A stretch of DNA of 36,305 nucleotides, from the IMG/VR virus record IMGVR_UViG_3300025803_000037, positions 1-36,305 of that record; one strand, 5' to 3'. A model generated the notes under the pieces. That model was not told the DNA's origin. It saw nothing but the letters and a program-made list of their open reading frames with translations, and made no database searches. Below, piece by piece: positions 34,279 to 36,305 of the stretch; within the stretch, counting starts at the first letter, position 1; each line of letters starts with the position of its first letter. A program made the translations under genes and the position numbers. This DNA is from a virus (Duplodnaviria > Caudoviricetes).

Positions 34279-34905
34279 CTAGAACAAATCAGCGCCCTCG
34301 ACTACCGAAGGGGTTGCAGCAACCGGGGCTGCTACGGCGGGTTCTGGGGCAGGTTCTGCCTTATCTAAACCAGCAGGGCGATCAACCCAGCCAGTTATTG
34401 CCCACTTAGGCGAGCGAAAGGTTTGTGTGCCTTGTGCCTTAGTTTCGATCTGGATGCGATCAGAGCCGGTGATCTCAACCACTGGCACCTTGCCGGGGTT
34501 GTCAGCTTTGCCAGCCAGATATGCATCGTGCAAATCATTCATCTGATTACGCACGATCTTGCTGCTGCTGCTCATCTCGCGCAGGCTGATCTCTTTGTTG
34601 TACATCCGAATGCGGAAGCCTTCCTTATGCTCATCACTAGGCTTGACCGGCATTGGCTCGCCAACCTTAACAAAACGAAAGTCAGGGCCAGTCGTGGTAA
34701 AGGCAATAAACCCAACCTCAATTGCGTCCATATCCATTACCACCTTAAAAGGCAATTCCATTTCGGTTTCGCTCTTTTCCCAAGTTCCCTCGCTAGTCTG
34801 GTGCCGGTCTTGGCGCACGAATGAGCCATCCTTTGCACTGAATTTCATAATAGGCAGGAAATCCCCGCCGCCGGAACTGCTAGTCTCTGTAAAACCTAAA
34901 GCCAT
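34279..34905 (-). CDS. Putative ssDNA-binding/annealing protein
   Basis: Beta-rich core, Pro/Ala linker and acidic-Phe tail (EGADLF), directly upstream of the primase-helicase. Confidence 0.55.
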   Translation of the reverse strand: MALGFTETSSSGGGDFLPIMKFSAKDGSFVRQDRHQTSEGTWEKSETEMELPFKVVMDMDAIEVGFIAFTTTGPDFRFVKVGEPMPVKPSDEHKEGFRIRMYNKEISLREMSSSSKIVRNQMNDLHDAYLAGKADNPGKVPVVEITGSDRIQIETKAQGTQTFRSPKWAITGWVDRPAGLDKAEPAPEPAVAAPVAATPSVVEGADLF

Positions 34906-34914
34906 TTTAAACTC

Positions 34915-35343
34915 CTAAACTTTAGAACTACGCAAAACGGTTGCGCCACCGATTGGAAAATAGGCACAGATATCTGCGTCTTGGGCATCGCCCCGGTCAG
35001 ATCTACCACCCTTCCCCAATTTGTAATCGCCAGCGAAATCAAAGCGGGCGATGTTATCTATATATACGTTCAGCAAATACGCTGGCAAGCCAGTGTGCTG
35101 CGTCAGCAGCCGGGCTTGTATTACTTTCGACAGGCTCACCATCGCTGTGTCGTACTGCAACAGCCGCACGTTGCGATGCTTTACCTCAATAAATGCCTTG
35201 GCCTTGTTGTCCTTAAACACCACAAAGTCGAGGCGATACTGCACCGGCAGTTTGTAGAAATCATAGCCGTGTTCAGCAAAAGCATTGGCTAGTGCCTGCT
35301 CTTTGCGTCTGTCGGCCTCGGTTTCGTACATCGGCCTAGCCAT
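34915..35343 (-). CDS. PD-(D/E)XK-family nuclease, copy 2
   Basis: Homolog of 55..471, 4 aa longer because of a 1-nt indel at the stop. Confidence 0.7.
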   Translation of the reverse strand: MARPMYETEADRRKEQALANAFAEHGYDFYKLPVQYRLDFVVFKDNKAKAFIEVKHRNVRLLQYDTAMVSLSKVIQARLLTQHTGLPAYLLNVYIDNIARFDFAGDYKLGKGGRSDRGDAQDADICAYFPIGGATVLRSSKV

Positions 35344-36305
35344 TGTGCGCCTCTTTGATAGCCCACAATATCCGCGCCGCCACCTGAGGCACGATGCTAT
35401 TTCCTAATTGTTTAAGTCTGTGTACCCGACCGGATACCCCATTAGCCACTCTACAAATTGCGGGTTCAGGCTCCCAGAAACTCTTTTGCCATCTGGCTTC
35501 TCCACTGCGTAATCCAGCCGATCCCTCATTGTCTCGTTTCTGCCCGACCCCTTGAAGTCGTTGGCTGTCGGCGTTGGGTACATTTTTATCTGATCTGATA
35601 GGTTCGCCCCGAATACCAGATTTGGGTTTGTCTTGCTGATCCTTTGACCCTTCTCGTTCAGTGTCCTGCCGGACGCTACGTCTGACGTTCTCGGCGTCGC
35701 CCACAGTTTTGGCTCTTGCGCCTCTTGCCACTTCCTGACCGTCTCTGGGTCTACCTGTTCCCTGAGGTTGCTCGGCAACGCCCTGCCCTTCCGATGACCT
35801 TCCGCCATCTTCTTGAGGCTCTCCTCTGACCGCTGCGGCAGATGATCCATTGAGTTCGGAGTAGCCCACAATCCAGCATCTGTCGCGTCTATGTCTGGCG
35901 TCTGCGGCGACAGCCGGTATAACAAAGCACCTTGCTTGGTATCCTTCGGCTTCCAAGTCAGATAGCACCTCGTCGAGGCCCATAGAGATGTGTCCAGCAA
36001 CATTTTCTCCAATAACCCAAGTCGGCCTGACAGCTTGGATAATTCTAAGCATTTCCGGCCAGAGGTGTCGGTCATCTTTATCGCCTCTGCGCTTCCCGGC
36101 AGACGAGAAGGGCTGGCAGGGGTATCCCCCGACAACAATGTCAACCAATCCTCTAAATCTATCTGCGTCATTTGCTAACTCCCTAACGTCATCAATTATC
36201 TCTGTGTCAGGCCAATGCTTACGCAAGACCTTCTGCGCGTGTTTATCATACTCGCAAAACGCGACTGTCTCGTAGCCACCCACCAGCTTTTCGCCAGCAT
36301 AACTA
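35336..36305 (-). CDS. C5-cytosine DNA methyltransferase alpha polypeptide, copy 2 (5'-truncated by window edge)
   Basis: GGYPCQPFS, ENV, HRRDRCW and LGNSIVPQVA motifs. The frame runs off the window end. Confidence 0.92.
   Translation of the reverse strand, partial: SYAGEKLVGGYETVAFCEYDKHAQKVLRKHWPDTEIIDDVRELANDADRFRGLVDIVVGGYPCQPFSSAGKRRGDKDDRHLWPEMLRIIQAVRPTWVIGENVAGHISMGLDEVLSDLEAEGYQARCFVIPAVAADARHRRDRCWIVGYSELNGSSAAAVRGEPQEDGGRSSEGQGVAEQPQGTGRPRDGQEVARGARAKTVGDAENVRRSVRQDTEREGSKDQQDKPKSGIRGEPIRSDKNVPNADSQRLQGVGQKRDNEGSAGLRSGEARWQKSFWEPEPAICRVANGVSGRVHRLKQLGNSIVPQVAARILWAIKEAHNG
35404..36171 (-). CDS. Nested alternative-frame MTase beta polypeptide (motif IX plus three TRD-like modules), copy 2
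   Basis: AGGGAG RBS, LWATP/LWATP/MYPTP repeats, LNPQFVEWLMGYPVGYT. Confidence 0.85.
   Translation of the reverse strand: MTQIDLEDWLTLLSGDTPASPSRLPGSAEAIKMTDTSGRKCLELSKLSGRLGLLEKMLLDTSLWASTRCYLTWKPKDTKQGALLYRLSPQTPDIDATDAGLWATPNSMDHLPQRSEESLKKMAEGHRKGRALPSNLREQVDPETVRKWQEAQEPKLWATPRTSDVASGRTLNEKGQRISKTNPNLVFGANLSDQIKMYPTPTANDFKGSGRNETMRDRLDYAVEKPDGKRVSGSLNPQFVEWLMGYPVGYTDLNN

Larger units (their letters stand above)
34874..36305. repeat. Right copy of the divergent terminal direct repeat
   Basis: Aligns with 1-1472. Confidence 0.95.

Noticed and set aside
34874-36305. Diversity-generating retroelement template/variable repeat pair
   Set aside because: No reverse transcriptase gene. Differences are not adenine-specific and include module-scale replacements.
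1-36305. CRISPR array, tRNA/rRNA, DNA or RNA polymerase genes
   Set aside because: None recognisable by eye, and intergenic space is minimal. A tRNAscan/HMM run would be needed to exclude them formally.

Overview
The window is an essentially complete (~34.9 kb unit length) genome of a short-tailed (podovirus-type) dsDNA phage. The gene style suggests a marine phage, possibly of Alphaproteobacteria (inference). Almost all genes lie on the minus strand: SSB-like protein, primase-helicase, HTH replication protein, TerS/TerL, GNAT protein, portal, scaffold, major capsid, tail tubular A/B, internal (ejection) proteins, a tail-fibre cassette and a lysis module. A short plus-strand island (2247-4456) carries a serine recombinase, a YqaJ-type exonuclease and a LexA-like HTH protein. 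No DNA or RNA polymerase was recognised. The two ends (1-1472 and ~34874-36305) are homologous but clearly divergent copies of the same locus. That locus holds the most striking feature: a split, dual-coding C5-cytosine methyltransferase. The main frame carries motifs I-VIII and X. A nested second frame with its own RBS carries motif IX plus a tandem array of 'L(W/Y)xTP' TRD-like modules, whose number and identity differ between the copies (4 vs 3) while both frames stay open.
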